A stretch of 45,163 nucleotides of DNA from Actinomycetes bacterium (GCA_036380775.1 DASVED010000023.1:1-45163); one strand, 5' to 3'; counted from the first letter of the stretch, positions 7,938-18,268 are shown. Numbers and translations: made by a program. Notes: generated by a model from the sequence alone, not told the origin.

Positions 7938-9087
7938 GGGCGAAGGTCACCGGGTAGCCCCAGACGTCCGCCACCCGGCCCAGCCCGGGTTGCAGCACGA
8001 CGCCCCCGCTCGAGCTGAGCAGGGAGTCGAACGAGAGGACCGTGGCGCGCTGCTGCGAGGGGATGAGCGCGTTCAGGTACGCCTGTCGCACCGGTGTCTC
8101 CGCGGCGGACGCCAGGCTCCACGCCACGAGCAGGGCGATCACCGCCGCGAAGTGCTGGACCGCGCCGACAAGGAGCAGGGCAAGCGTGCTGGCTGCGGTC
8201 ATGGCGAGCATCATCGACGTGCGCCGTCGAAACGCGCTGCGCAGTCGCGGCGCGAGCAGACCACCGACGATCTGCGCGCCGGCCACGATGGCGGCGGCGA
8301 GGCCGGCGATGCCGTACGCCTCCTCGTCGCCGTAGAGCTCCAGAAGGTAGGGCTGCATCGCGTAGAACGCGTAGATCCCGACGCCACCGACGAACGGCGA
8401 CGTGAGCATCACCCAACGCACCCCCGGCTGACCCAGACCGTGGTGCAACGAGTCGTCGAAGAGTCGCTTCACCTCGGGACCCGGCCGCTTCCCGCGGGTC
8501 GGGGTGAAGCCGATGTCGTGCATCAGGAAGAAGGCCAGCCCGAAGGTCAGGGCCAGCAGGACCGCGCGGGCAAGGAACGGGACCCCCAGGTTGGTGGCCT
8601 GAGCGAGCACGCCGCCGAGGATGGAGCCAGCGAGCATCGCCGCGCCGCTCACCGCCTGTCCCCGGCCGAACACGGCGTCCAGCTCGCCGGTGTACCCGCT
8701 GTGGTTCAGTGCGTCGACCAGCCACGCCTCCATGGCGCCGGAGAAGAACGTGAAACCTAGGCCGAGCAGCACCGAGACCACGGCCCACCCCCAGAACGGC
8801 GCGTTGATCTGCCACATGAGGACGTAGAGCAGCGTCGAGGCGGTCAGCGTCACGGCGCCGAGGAGGAACGACACCCGCCGACCACGAAGGTCTGCGACAA
8901 CACCGGTCGGCACCTCGAAGAGCACCATCCCGGCGGTGTAGAACGCGTTCGCGGTGAACGCCTCGAGGTTGTTCAGGCCGGCGTCGAGCAGGAACAGCGT
9001 GTTGATGCCCCAGATCAGCGAGGCGGACAGTGTCGTGAGCAGCACGAGGGTCAGGTAGGTGCGCTGGACCCTCGTCGCCTGATTCAT
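7831..9087 (-). CDS. MFS transporter
   Basis: 418 aa with about 12 hydrophobic segments and an MFS loop motif GVVADLRGRR between TM2 and TM3. Confidence 0.9.
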   Translation of the reverse strand: MNQATRVQRTYLTLVLLTTLSASLIWGINTLFLLDAGLNNLEAFTANAFYTAGMVLFEVPTGVVADLRGRRVSFLLGAVTLTASTLLYVLMWQINAPFWGWAVVSVLLGLGFTFFSGAMEAWLVDALNHSGYTGELDAVFGRGQAVSGAAMLAGSILGGVLAQATNLGVPFLARAVLLALTFGLAFFLMHDIGFTPTRGKRPGPEVKRLFDDSLHHGLGQPGVRWVMLTSPFVGGVGIYAFYAMQPYLLELYGDEEAYGIAGLAAAIVAGAQIVGGLLAPRLRSAFRRRTSMMLAMTAASTLALLLVGAVQHFAAVIALLVAWSLASAAETPVRQAYLNALIPSQQRATVLSFDSLLSSSGGVVLQPGLGRVADVWGYPVTFALSAGFQACALPFLWLARRLGVPEDVVTRDQPVAET

Positions 9088-9094
9088 CCGCGGC

Positions 9095-9880
9095 TCAGTC
9101 CCCGAGTGCGTCGAGCTCGTCCATCTCCTCGGTGGTCAGCGCGAAGTCGCCGACCTGCGCGTTCGCGGCGATCCGGTCGGCCCGCTCGGACTTCGGGATC
9201 ACGACGACGCCGTGCTGGAGGTGCCAGCGGACGATCACCTGCGCAGGAGTCCGCCCGTGGCGGTCGGCGATCTCGCGGATTGTCCGGTTCGTCAAGGTGC
9301 CCCCGCGCAGTGCGCTGTAGCCCTCGAGCACGACGCCGCGTTCGCGATGCCCGTCGAGCACCGCGCGGTCGAAGAGCAGCGGGCTCCACTTGATCTGGTT
9401 CACGGCCGGGGTCACGCCGGTCTGCTCGGTGAGCTCGTCGAGCTGCTCCAGCCGGTAGTTGCTCACACCCACGGCACGCGCGAGGCCCTGCTCACGGGCC
9501 TCGACGAAGGCGCGCCACATCTCGACATCTGCGCCGTCGCCGGCGGGCCAGTGGATCAGCCACAGGTCGACGTGGTCGGTGCCGAGCGCCGCGAGGCTCG
9601 AGCGCAGCGTCTCCAGCTCGCGACCGACGTTGCGCGGTGGGCACTTGGTCGTGACGAACACCTCCTCGCGATCAACCCCGCTGGCCGACAGCCCGGCGCC
9701 GACCTCGGCCTCGTTGCGGTAGACCCTCGCCGTGTCGAGGTGCCGGTAGCCGACCTCGAGGGCGGTCTGCACCGCGCGGGTGGCCGCCGTGCCGGTGATC
9801 TGCCAGGTCCCGAAGCCCAGCAGGGGCATCCGGCCGTCGTCGGCGATGGTCGCCGCGTCCTGCGGCACGGGTGACGTCAT
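9095..9880 (-). CDS. aldo/keto reductase
   Basis: MPLLGFGTWQ, LEVGYRHLDTARVYRNE, HVDLWLIHWP, and IPKSERADRIAANA near the C-terminus. The first 60 codons of the track ORF are Arg/Trp-rich junk. ATG 9880 (or 9889) follows GTGAGG. Confidence 0.9.
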   Translation of the reverse strand: MTSPVPQDAATIADDGRMPLLGFGTWQITGTAATRAVQTALEVGYRHLDTARVYRNEAEVGAGLSASGVDREEVFVTTKCPPRNVGRELETLRSSLAALGTDHVDLWLIHWPAGDGADVEMWRAFVEAREQGLARAVGVSNYRLEQLDELTEQTGVTPAVNQIKWSPLLFDRAVLDGHRERGVVLEGYSALRGGTLTNRTIREIADRHGRTPAQVIVRWHLQHGVVVIPKSERADRIAANAQVGDFALTTEEMDELDALGD

Positions 9881-10293
9881 GGCGACCATCCTCACCCGGT
9901 CCGGCCGGCCCCGCATGGCGGGGTGGGCGCCTAGAGCCATCCCAGGACGGCGCGGACGACGGTGACGACCCCACGGCGAGCGAGAGGACCTGGAACAACG
10001 CCAGCATCGCGACGGCCATCCGGCGGGCCGGGGCACGGCTACGGTCCGGGCGGCCGGGGTGCCTCCCACGTGAGCTCGATGCCGGCCCGTGCCTCCGCCC
10101 GAACGCGTCGCCGAACGCTGCGACCTCCCGCTGCGTCACGGTCTCGGTCGCGAAGCCCCAGCGGCCCGCTTGGGCGACGCCTCCGGTCCGCCGGTAGGTC
10201 TCGGCGAGCAGCGCGCGGCCGCGACGAACGGTCTGCGCGACGGGCGCGCGTGCATCATCCTCCGTCCTGCTCGTGTCCAGGGGTCGTGGTGGG

Positions 10294-13200
10294 ATGGCCG
10301 ACGTGCCCAGCCCGCCCGCCTACCGTCTCGTGCGGTCGGCTCCGCGCCCGGTCGAGGTCCCGGTCCTCGACGAGGCGCAGCAGGCCGTCGTCGAGCATCG
10401 CGGCGGGCCGCTGCTGGTCCTGGCCGGCCCGGGCACCGGCAAGACCACGACCGTCGTCGAGGCGGTGGCGGCCCGTATCGACGAGGGGCTCGACCCCGAG
10501 CGGGTGCTGGTCCTCACCTTCGGCCGCCGGGCTGCCGCCGAGCTGCGCTCGCGCATCACCGCCCGCCTCGGCCGGGCCACCAAGGAGCCGCTGGCGCGGA
10601 CCTTCCACTCGTACGCCTTCGGCGTGCTGCGCCGCGAGGCTGCGGTGCGGGGCGAGCCGGCGCCGCGGCTGCTGTCCGGCCCTGAGCAGGACCTCGTCGT
10701 GCGCGACCTGCTGGCCGGCGACCTCGAGGCAGGAGCCCGGTCCTGGCCGGCCCGTCTGCACCCGGCCCTGCCGACCCGCGGGTTCGCCCAGGAGCTGCGC
10801 GACCTGGTGATGCGGGCCTACGAGCGGGGGGTCACCGCCGAGGAGCTGGACCGGCTCGGCCGGCGGGAGGGCCGCGACGACTGGCGGGCCGCGGCACGCT
10901 TCATGCGGCAGTACGCCGGGGTGACGGCGCTGCGGGACGCCGCCGCCTACGACCCCGCCGAGCTGATCCGTGCCGTGGTGGGGCTGTGGCTGCGCCACCC
11001 CGAGCTCCTCGACGCCGAGCGGGCAGCCCGCGAGGTCGTGTTCGTCGACGAGCTGCAGGACACCGACCCGGCCCAGGTCGAGCTGCTGCGATTGCTCGCC
11101 GGGGACGGTCGCGACCTGGTGGCCGTGGGCGACCCGGACCAGTCGATCTACGGCTTCCGGGGCGCGGACGTCGACGGGATCCGCGACTTCCCGAGCCGGT
11201 TCCCCACGTCGTCGGGGCAGCCGGCGCCGGTGCGCGCGCTCGCGACCTGCCGGCGGTCCGGTCCTGTCCTGCTGGGCGCGTCCCGCCGGGTCGCCGCCGG
11301 GCTCGGCGGACCGGTGGAGCACCGCCGGCTGCGCGCCGCCGAGGGGTTGCCGGACGGGTCGGTCTCGGTCGCCGTGCTGCGCTCCGAGGCGCAGGAGGCC
11401 GCCCAGGTCGCGGCCCACCTGCGCCAGGCCCACCTCCTCGACGGCATCCCGTGGTCCCGGATGGCGGTCCTGGTGCGCTCGACGGCCCGCTCGATGCCGG
11501 TGCTCCGGCGCGCGATGCTGGCCGCCGGCGTGCCGGTCGCGGTCGCCGGCGACGAGGTGCCGCTGACCCAGGAGCCGGCCGTCCGCCCACTGCTGTCGCT
11601 GCTGGGATGCGCGGTCGACCGGGCGCGGCTCGACGAGGAGGCCGCCGTCGAGCTGGTGACGTCCGCGGTCGGCGGTGCCGACGTGATGGCGCTGCGCCGG
11701 TTGCGCCAGGCGCTCCGCCGCGCGGAGCTCGACGCCGGCGGCGGGCGGGCCTCCGGCCCGCTGCTGGTCGAGGCGCTCGACGACCCGAGGGTGCTGGTCG
11801 CCCTCGACACGAGTGCGGTCCGGCCCGCTGCCCGGGTCGCCACGCTGCTCGCCCTGGCCCGTGCGGCGGCCGCCGAGACGGGAGCGACCGCCGAGTCCGT
11901 GCTGTGGGCTGTGTGGTCGCGCACCGGCCTTGCGGAGCGGTGGGAGCGAGCCAGCCTCGAGGGTGGCCACTCCGGTGAGGCGGCCGACCGGGATCTCGAC
12001 GCCGTCGTCGCCCTCTTCGACACCGCCGCGCGGTTCTGCGACCGGCTGCCGGCGGCGGGGCCGGAGGTCTTCCTCGACCACCTGCTCGGCCAGCAGATCC
12101 CGGGGGAGGACCTCGCTCCTCGCGCGCCGTCCACCGACGCGGTGCAGGTGCTCACTGCCCATGCGAGCAAGGGACTGGAGTGGGACGTCGTGTGCGTCCC
12201 GGCCGTCCAGGAAGGCAGCTGGCCGGACGTGCGGATGCGCGGCTCCTTCCTCGGGTCGGAGCGGCTGGTCGACCTCCTGCGGGAGCGCGAGTCGCGCGTT
12301 CCGACGGTGGTGGCGACTGCTGTGACCCTGGGCCGGCTGCTGGAGGAGGAGCGACGGCTGTTCTACGTCGCGGTGACCCGCGCCCGGCGCAGCCTGCTGG
12401 TGACGGCCGTGACCAGCGAGCGGGAGGGGCTGGCGCCGTCGCGTTTCCTGGACGAGCTCGACCCGCTGCCGCGCGACATGGAGTCGAGGCCGTTGACCGC
12501 CGCGCGCCGTCCGCTGAGCCTGACCGGCCTGGTGGCCGACCTGCGCCAGGCCGCGGTCGGCGGCCCGCTCGCGGCCGGCACGGACCCGTCGCTCGACCTT
12601 CGCCCGGCGGCGGCCGCCCGGCTCGCCGTGCTCGCTGCCGCGGGCGCCCGTGGTGCCGACCCCGACCGGTGGTGGGGGCTGGCCGAGCTATCCGACGACC
12701 GGCCGGTCCGCGACGAAGGGCAGGAGGTCGCCGTCAGCCCGTCGAAGGTCGAGTCCTTCAGCCGGTGCCGGCTGCGGTGGTTCCTCGAGCACGTCGGCGG
12801 TGGTGACAGCTCGGGCGCCGCGCAGAGCGTCGGCAACCTGGTGCACGCCGTGGCCGAGGGTGCGCGCGACGCGGAGACGAGCACCGAGGAGGCGCTGCTG
12901 GCCCGGCTGGAGCGGCTGCTGCCGACCGTCGATCTCGGCACCGGTTGGGTCGCCGCCCGGGAGCGGGCCCGGGCGGCGGGCATGGTGCGCCGGCTGGCGT
13001 CGTGGCTGACGGGCAACCAGCGCGAGCTCGTCGCGACCGAGCTCGAGTTCACCGCGACGGTCGGCCGGGCCCGGCTGGGCGGACGAGTCGACCGGATCGA
13101 GCGCGACGAGTTCGGCCGAGCAGTCGTCGTCGACCTGAAGACCGGGTCGGCGTCCAGCAAGCCGTCGGCCGCCGAGATCGAGCGCCACGGCCAGCTCGCG

Positions 13201-13494
13201 ACCTACCAGCTGGCAGTCGAGCACGGCGGCTTCGCCGAGCTCGGTCTGCGGGAGAGCGGTGGCGCGGAGCTCGTGCAGGTGGGTGGCGGTGGCGGCAAGG
13301 GCGGTGCCGTCCAGGCACAACCGGCGCTCTCCGAGGGTGACGACCCGTCCTGGGCCCGGGACATGGTGCTCGACGTCGCCGAGGGCATGGCGGGCTCGGC
13401 GTTCCAGGCGGTCGACAACAAGTACTGCGCGCGCTGCCCGGTCCGCACGTCGTGCCCGGTGCAGGACGACGGCCGGCAGGTGACCACCCCGTGA
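10294..13494 (+). CDS. adnA: helicase-nuclease AdnA (UvrD-like motor plus RecB-type nuclease with Cys4 cluster)
   Basis: Walker A GPGTGKTTT, DELQD, C-terminal GRVDRIE...VVVDLKTG...QLATYQLA nuclease motifs, and the FSRC...YCARCPVRTSCP cysteines. An alternative GTG start lies at 10273. Confidence 0.85.
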   Translation: MADVPSPPAYRLVRSAPRPVEVPVLDEAQQAVVEHRGGPLLVLAGPGTGKTTTVVEAVAARIDEGLDPERVLVLTFGRRAAAELRSRITARLGRATKEPLARTFHSYAFGVLRREAAVRGEPAPRLLSGPEQDLVVRDLLAGDLEAGARSWPARLHPALPTRGFAQELRDLVMRAYERGVTAEELDRLGRREGRDDWRAAARFMRQYAGVTALRDAAAYDPAELIRAVVGLWLRHPELLDAERAAREVVFVDELQDTDPAQVELLRLLAGDGRDLVAVGDPDQSIYGFRGADVDGIRDFPSRFPTSSGQPAPVRALATCRRSGPVLLGASRRVAAGLGGPVEHRRLRAAEGLPDGSVSVAVLRSEAQEAAQVAAHLRQAHLLDGIPWSRMAVLVRSTARSMPVLRRAMLAAGVPVAVAGDEVPLTQEPAVRPLLSLLGCAVDRARLDEEAAVELVTSAVGGADVMALRRLRQALRRAELDAGGGRASGPLLVEALDDPRVLVALDTSAVRPAARVATLLALARAAAAETGATAESVLWAVWSRTGLAERWERASLEGGHSGEAADRDLDAVVALFDTAARFCDRLPAAGPEVFLDHLLGQQIPGEDLAPRAPSTDAVQVLTAHASKGLEWDVVCVPAVQEGSWPDVRMRGSFLGSERLVDLLRERESRVPTVVATAVTLGRLLEEERRLFYVAVTRARRSLLVTAVTSEREGLAPSRFLDELDPLPRDMESRPLTAARRPLSLTGLVADLRQAAVGGPLAAGTDPSLDLRPAAAARLAVLAAAGARGADPDRWWGLAELSDDRPVRDEGQEVAVSPSKVESFSRCRLRWFLEHVGGGDSSGAAQSVGNLVHAVAEGARDAETSTEEALLARLERLLPTVDLGTGWVAARERARAAGMVRRLASWLTGNQRELVATELEFTATVGRARLGGRVDRIERDEFGRAVVVDLKTGSASSKPSAAEIERHGQLATYQLAVEHGGFAELGLRESGGAELVQVGGGGGKGGAVQAQPALSEGDDPSWARDMVLDVAEGMAGSAFQAVDNKYCARCPVRTSCPVQDDGRQVTTP

Positions 13495-16400
13495 GCCAGC
13501 AGAGCCTGTTCGACGAGGAGGAGCTGGTCGTCACCCGCGGCCGCGAGCGCTCCCCGGCCGAGCTGGCGGCACGCCTCGGGCTCGCGGCGCCGCCGACCGC
13601 CGAGCAGGCGGCCGCGGTCGCGGCGCCGCTGCGGCCGCACGTCGTCGTCGCCGGTGCCGGCTCCGGCAAGACCCAGACGATGGGCCTGCGCGTGGTCTGG
13701 CTGGTGGCCAACGGCCTGGTGGAGCCGCATCGCGTGCTCGGCCTCACCTTCACCCGCAAGGCAGCGGCCGAGCTGGGGGAGCGGGTCCGCCGGATGCTGC
13801 GCCGGCTCCAGCACGCCCACGAGGAGGCGCCGTTCCTCGCCGACGAGGTCGCCGCCGCGGTGCGCACGGGCGAGCCCACCGTCACGACGTACCACTCCTA
13901 CGCCGCCGCTCTCGTCAGCGAGCACGCACTGCGCATCGGGCTGGAGCCCGACACCCGGCTCGTCGGGGAGGCGGTCAGCTGGCAGTACGCCGCGCAGGTC
14001 GTCGAGTCCTACGCCGACGACGCCGGTGACCTGGTGGCGGTGGACCGGGCTGTGACGACGGTCGTGGGTGACGTGCTCGCGCTCGCCGGTGAGCTGGCCG
14101 AGCACCTGCGCGACCCGGCCGAGGTCCGGGTGCTCACCGAGCGGGTGGAGGCTCACCTCCGGTCGCTGCCGCGCGGCGACGGTCAGCGGTCGAGGGGGCT
14201 GCCGAAGGTGGTGGCGGAGCTCGTCGGCTCGCTCGAGGCGCGGTCCGCTCTGCTGCCCCTGGTCGAGCGCTACGCGGCGTACAAGCGCGAGCGCGGCGCC
14301 ATGGACTACGGCGACCAGGTCGCGGTCGCCGCCCGGATCGCCCGTGACCATCCCGAGGTCGCCGAGATCGAGCGCGGCCGCTTCGGGGCGGTGCTGCTCG
14401 ACGAGTACCAGGACACCGGCGAGGCGCAGCGCGTCCTGCTCACCTCGCTGTTCGGCCACGGCCACGCGGTCACGGCGGTGGGCGACCCGCGCCAGTCGAT
14501 CTACGGATGGCGTGGCGCGAGCGCCGGGAACCTGGAGCGCTTCGGCGACGACTTCGCCGGCACCGAGCCCACCGGCCGCAGCAGCCTCACGACGAGCTTC
14601 CGCAACGGCGAGGGCATCCTCGGCGTCGCGAACGTCATCGCCGGGGGCATCCCGGTCGGAGGCGCTCTGGGCGAGGTCGACGCGCCGTTGCAGCCCGGCC
14701 CGGGGCGGGTGGGCGCCGGGCAGGCCGTCGTCGCGCTGCTGGCGTCGGTGGCCGACGAAGCCGACTGGGCCGCCGACCAGGTGGCCTCCCTCGGTGAGGC
14801 TTCGACGTCACCCCTGGGGTCGGTCGTGCCGTGGGGGCAGGTCGCGGTGCTGGCTCGCAAGCGCTCGCACTTCGCCCGGCTGGAGTCGGCGCTGCGCGCT
14901 CGCGGCGTGCCGTGCGAGGTGGTGGGTCTGGGTGGGTTGCTGACGCGGCCCGAGGTGGTCGACGTGGTGAGCACGCTCCGGGTGCTGGCCGACCCGTCGG
15001 CCGGTGGCGCGGTGCTGCGGCTGCTCGCCGGGCCTCGCTGGCGGCTGGGGCCGCGCGACCTGGACGCACTGGGACGGCGCGCCCGCCACATCGCCGTCGC
15101 GACCGGCGCGGCGGCCGGGCGGGCGACGGTGGAGACCGACGTCCCCGACGAGCCCGACTACGACGCCGTCGACGAGCGCAGCCTGGTCGACGCGCTGGAC
15201 GACCTCGGGCCGTCGGGCGCCTACTCCAGCACGGGCTACGAACGGCTGACCCGGTGCCGCGACGAGCTGCGGCGGCTGCGGCGGTGGACCGCCGCGTCGC
15301 TGCCGGACCTGGTGACGATGGTGGTACGCGCGCTCGACCTCGACGTCGAGCTGGCGTCTCGGCCGGGGGTGCGGGCGGTCGACGCACTGCTCGACGTCGA
15401 CCGGCTGGTCGATGTCGCGGAGGAGTTCGTGGGGTCGGGAGAGGACCCGGGGCTGGTGGCGTTTCTCGCCTACCTCGACACCGCTCAGGAGAGGGAGCGC
15501 GGGCTCGAGGTCGAGGTGGCCGAGCCGGACGGCGAGCGGGTCCAGCTGATGACGGTGCACGCGGCCAAGGGCCTCGAGTGGGACGCGGTCTTCGTCGCCG
15601 GTCTCAGCACCGACGTGTTCCCCGTCGGGCGCCGGCCGGTCGCCGACTGGAGCAAGCAGCTGGCGACACTGCCGTTCCCGCTGCGCGGTGACAGGGACGA
15701 GCTGCCCGAGCTCGACTGGCGCGGCGCCACGGACCAGGAGTCGGCCAAGACGAACGTCGAGTCGTTCCAGCAGGCCTGCCGGGACCGAGGCGCCCTCGAG
15801 GAGCGCCGCCTCGCCTACGTCGCCGTCACGCGCGCCCGGTCGCTGCTCGGCTGCTCCGGCTACTGGTGGGACACCACCACCAAGCCGCGCGGCCCCTCCG
15901 GTCTGCTGACCGAGATCCACGCGCTGTGCGTCTCCGGCGGTGGCCGGGTCGACACCTGGGCCGAGCAGCCGGGCGACGGCGACGTGAACCCGCTCGCCGC
16001 GGAGCCCGCCGCGGGCGCCTGGCCCTACGACCCGCTGGGTCCGCGGCGGCCGGCGGTCGCGGGCGCCGCCGCGCTGGTCCGGAGCGCGGCCGGGTCACCG
16101 GAGCCGGCCGGCGTCGCCGGGCCCGGCCGCGGACGCGTCGCCGCGTGGGACGAGGAGCTCGAGCTGCTGCTGGCCGAGCTGGCCCGCTCCCGCGAGGCGG
16201 ACCGCAGCCCGGTGGTCGAGCTGCCGGCTCGCCTGTCGGTCTCCCAGCTCGTCGAGCTGCGTCGCGACCCGGTGCGGCTGGCCAGGTCCCTGCGCCGCCC
16301 GTTGCCGCGTCGACCAGCACCCCAGGCCCGTCGGGGAACGCGGTTCCACCTGTGGCTGGAGCAGCTCTGGGGGCAGCAGCGGCTGCTCGACGTCGACGAG

Positions 16401-16835
16401 CTGCCCGGCGCGGCCGACGAGTCGGCCGAGCCCGATGCCGACCTGGTCGCCCTCCAGGAGTCATTCCGGGCGAGCGAGTGGTGGTCGCGGGTCCCGGCGG
16501 AGGTCGAGTTCCCCTTCGACATGGTCGTCGACGGGATGCTGCTGCGCGGCCGCTGCGACGCTGTCTTCACCGACGCCTCCGACGGCATGGTCGACGTCGT
16601 CGACTGGAAGACCGGCACGCCGCCGACCGGCGACGAGGCGACCGCGGCAGCCGTGCAGCTCGCCGTCTACCGGCTGGCGTGGCACCACGTGACCGGGACA
16701 CCGCTGGACCTGGTCCGGGCCGCCTTCCACTACGTCGGTCACAACCGCACCGTGCGACCGGCGGACCTGCTCGATCACGACGGCATCGTGGCCCTGCTGC
16801 GGTCGGTGCCCGCCGCGGAGACCGCCTCCGGCTAG
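13491..16835 (+). CDS. adnB: helicase-nuclease AdnB
   Basis: Walker A GAGSGKTQT, DEYQDT, VHAAKGLEWD, and the C-terminal nuclease GRCDAVF...VDVVDWKTG...QLAVYRLAW. GTG 13491 overlaps the adnA stop (GTGA). Confidence 0.85.
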   Translation: MSQQSLFDEEELVVTRGRERSPAELAARLGLAAPPTAEQAAAVAAPLRPHVVVAGAGSGKTQTMGLRVVWLVANGLVEPHRVLGLTFTRKAAAELGERVRRMLRRLQHAHEEAPFLADEVAAAVRTGEPTVTTYHSYAAALVSEHALRIGLEPDTRLVGEAVSWQYAAQVVESYADDAGDLVAVDRAVTTVVGDVLALAGELAEHLRDPAEVRVLTERVEAHLRSLPRGDGQRSRGLPKVVAELVGSLEARSALLPLVERYAAYKRERGAMDYGDQVAVAARIARDHPEVAEIERGRFGAVLLDEYQDTGEAQRVLLTSLFGHGHAVTAVGDPRQSIYGWRGASAGNLERFGDDFAGTEPTGRSSLTTSFRNGEGILGVANVIAGGIPVGGALGEVDAPLQPGPGRVGAGQAVVALLASVADEADWAADQVASLGEASTSPLGSVVPWGQVAVLARKRSHFARLESALRARGVPCEVVGLGGLLTRPEVVDVVSTLRVLADPSAGGAVLRLLAGPRWRLGPRDLDALGRRARHIAVATGAAAGRATVETDVPDEPDYDAVDERSLVDALDDLGPSGAYSSTGYERLTRCRDELRRLRRWTAASLPDLVTMVVRALDLDVELASRPGVRAVDALLDVDRLVDVAEEFVGSGEDPGLVAFLAYLDTAQERERGLEVEVAEPDGERVQLMTVHAAKGLEWDAVFVAGLSTDVFPVGRRPVADWSKQLATLPFPLRGDRDELPELDWRGATDQESAKTNVESFQQACRDRGALEERRLAYVAVTRARSLLGCSGYWWDTTTKPRGPSGLLTEIHALCVSGGGRVDTWAEQPGDGDVNPLAAEPAAGAWPYDPLGPRRPAVAGAAALVRSAAGSPEPAGVAGPGRGRVAAWDEELELLLAELARSREADRSPVVELPARLSVSQLVELRRDPVRLARSLRRPLPRRPAPQARRGTRFHLWLEQLWGQQRLLDVDELPGAADESAEPDADLVALQESFRASEWWSRVPAEVEFPFDMVVDGMLLRGRCDAVFTDASDGMVDVVDWKTGTPPTGDEATAAAVQLAVYRLAWHHVTGTPLDLVRAAFHYVGHNRTVRPADLLDHDGIVALLRSVPAAETASG

Positions 16836-16839
16836 TGCC

Positions 16840-17397
16840 TCAACCCGATGCGGCCTTGGCGGCCGCCTTCTTCTGCGCCTTGACGTCGCGCACCTTCTGC
16901 AGCGAGGCCGCGTCCACGACGTCAGCGACGGAGCGGTAGCCCTCCAGGGCGTAGTCACCCGCGACTGCCTCCCAACCCGCCGGCCGGACGGCCAGCTGCT
17001 TGGCCAGCAGCGCGACGAAGATCTGCGCCTTCTGCTTGCCGAAGCCGGGCAGTGCCTGGACGCGGCGGAACAGCTCCTTGCCGGTCGTCGCCTCGCTCCA
17101 CAGCCGTGTCACGTCGCCGGCGTACTGGGACTCGACGACCGCGGCCAGCTCCTGCAGCCGGGAGGCCATCGAGCCCGGATAGCGGTGGATGGCCGGCGGC
17201 GTGCTGCACAGCGCCTTGAACTCGTCCGGATCCGCCGCCGCGATGGCGGCCGGGTCCAGCGAGCCGAACCGGCTGAGCACCTTCCAGCCGCCCCGGAAGG
17301 CGTGCTCCATCCCGTACTGCTGGTCGAGCATCATCCCGACCACGATCGCGAACGGGTGCTCGTCGAGGACCTTGTTCGCCGCTGGCTCGTTGGCCAT
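16840..17397 (-). CDS. HhH-GPD-type base excision DNA repair protein
   Basis: MANEPAANKVLDEHPFAIVVGMMLDQQ...ALPGFGKQKAQIFVALLAKQL...YRSVADVVD...KAQKKAAAKA matches this small actinobacterial family. Confidence 0.85.
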   Translation of the reverse strand: MANEPAANKVLDEHPFAIVVGMMLDQQYGMEHAFRGGWKVLSRFGSLDPAAIAAADPDEFKALCSTPPAIHRYPGSMASRLQELAAVVESQYAGDVTRLWSEATTGKELFRRVQALPGFGKQKAQIFVALLAKQLAVRPAGWEAVAGDYALEGYRSVADVVDAASLQKVRDVKAQKKAAAKAASG

Positions 17398-17430
17398 CTG
17401 GAAGCCCATGACCGCATGGTTGCACGCGGG

Positions 17431-18216
17431 TCAATGACCTCCCGGTGTGGCGACGTCGACGAGCAGTGCGCAGTGGTCGCTCACCGGCAGCCGCATCGAC
17501 CGCGCGTCCTGGACGGCGTGGCGCGGGACCCCGTCGAGGAGCACGTGGTCGAACTGCACACGCGGCTTCCAGGAGGGGTACGTCCCCAACCGGGCCGCCG
17601 AGCTCCACGTCGTGGACAGCCGGACGACCGGCCCGGGGAGGTTGAGGTCTCCCAGCAGGACCCGCGGACCGGGGAGGGTGCGGCTCCAGCGCGTGATCTC
17701 GCGCAGCTGGGCCACGTTCCATCCCGGGACGAACGACAGGTGCGTGCACACCACGGTCATCGGGCCGTCCGGAGTCCTGACCTCCGCGGCCAGCGCAGCT
17801 CGCGGCTCGTCGTTCACGCGCGCCAGTCCCTGACCGGGGATGAGCAACGGCATGCTGATCGGCGCGGGCTTGAAGCGACGGACGTGCCAGGACGTCACAG
17901 GGAACCGCGACACCAGCCCGATCCCGTACGCCGGGCCGGGCCACTCGTCGCCGGAGCCGTCACCCGAGGCCGGGGTCCAGGCCCCACCTGGTGGTCCGTG
18001 CAGGGTGGGGAGGAACCGCCAGTGTCCGGCTCCCAGCGCCTCGGCGAAGACGGCGGTCTGGTCGACGCCGTGAGACCGGGGCTGGGCGCGGTCCACCTCC
18101 TGCAGCGCGACGACGTCGGCGGCGACCATCGCGGCGGCCTCGCGCAGCTCGTTCTCGACCACCTCGCCATGGGCGATGGAGCGGCCGCCCAGGAGGTTGA
18201 CGGTCGCCAGGCGCAT
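17431..18216 (-). CDS. endonuclease/exonuclease/phosphatase (EEP) family protein
   Basis: MRLATVNLLGG...ADVVALQEVD...VCTHLS...LLGDLN...VSDHCALLVDV. The internal ATG at 18216 gives the canonical N-terminus; the track ORF start at 18549 is too early. Confidence 0.85.
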   Translation of the reverse strand: MRLATVNLLGGRSIAHGEVVENELREAAAMVAADVVALQEVDRAQPRSHGVDQTAVFAEALGAGHWRFLPTLHGPPGGAWTPASGDGSGDEWPGPAYGIGLVSRFPVTSWHVRRFKPAPISMPLLIPGQGLARVNDEPRAALAAEVRTPDGPMTVVCTHLSFVPGWNVAQLREITRWSRTLPGPRVLLGDLNLPGPVVRLSTTWSSAARLGTYPSWKPRVQFDHVLLDGVPRHAVQDARSMRLPVSDHCALLVDVATPGGH

Positions 18217-18268
18217 CGCGCCGACGCTAGTCGAGGGCTGTGAACGGCGTCGTCGTAGGGTTCCGCGC

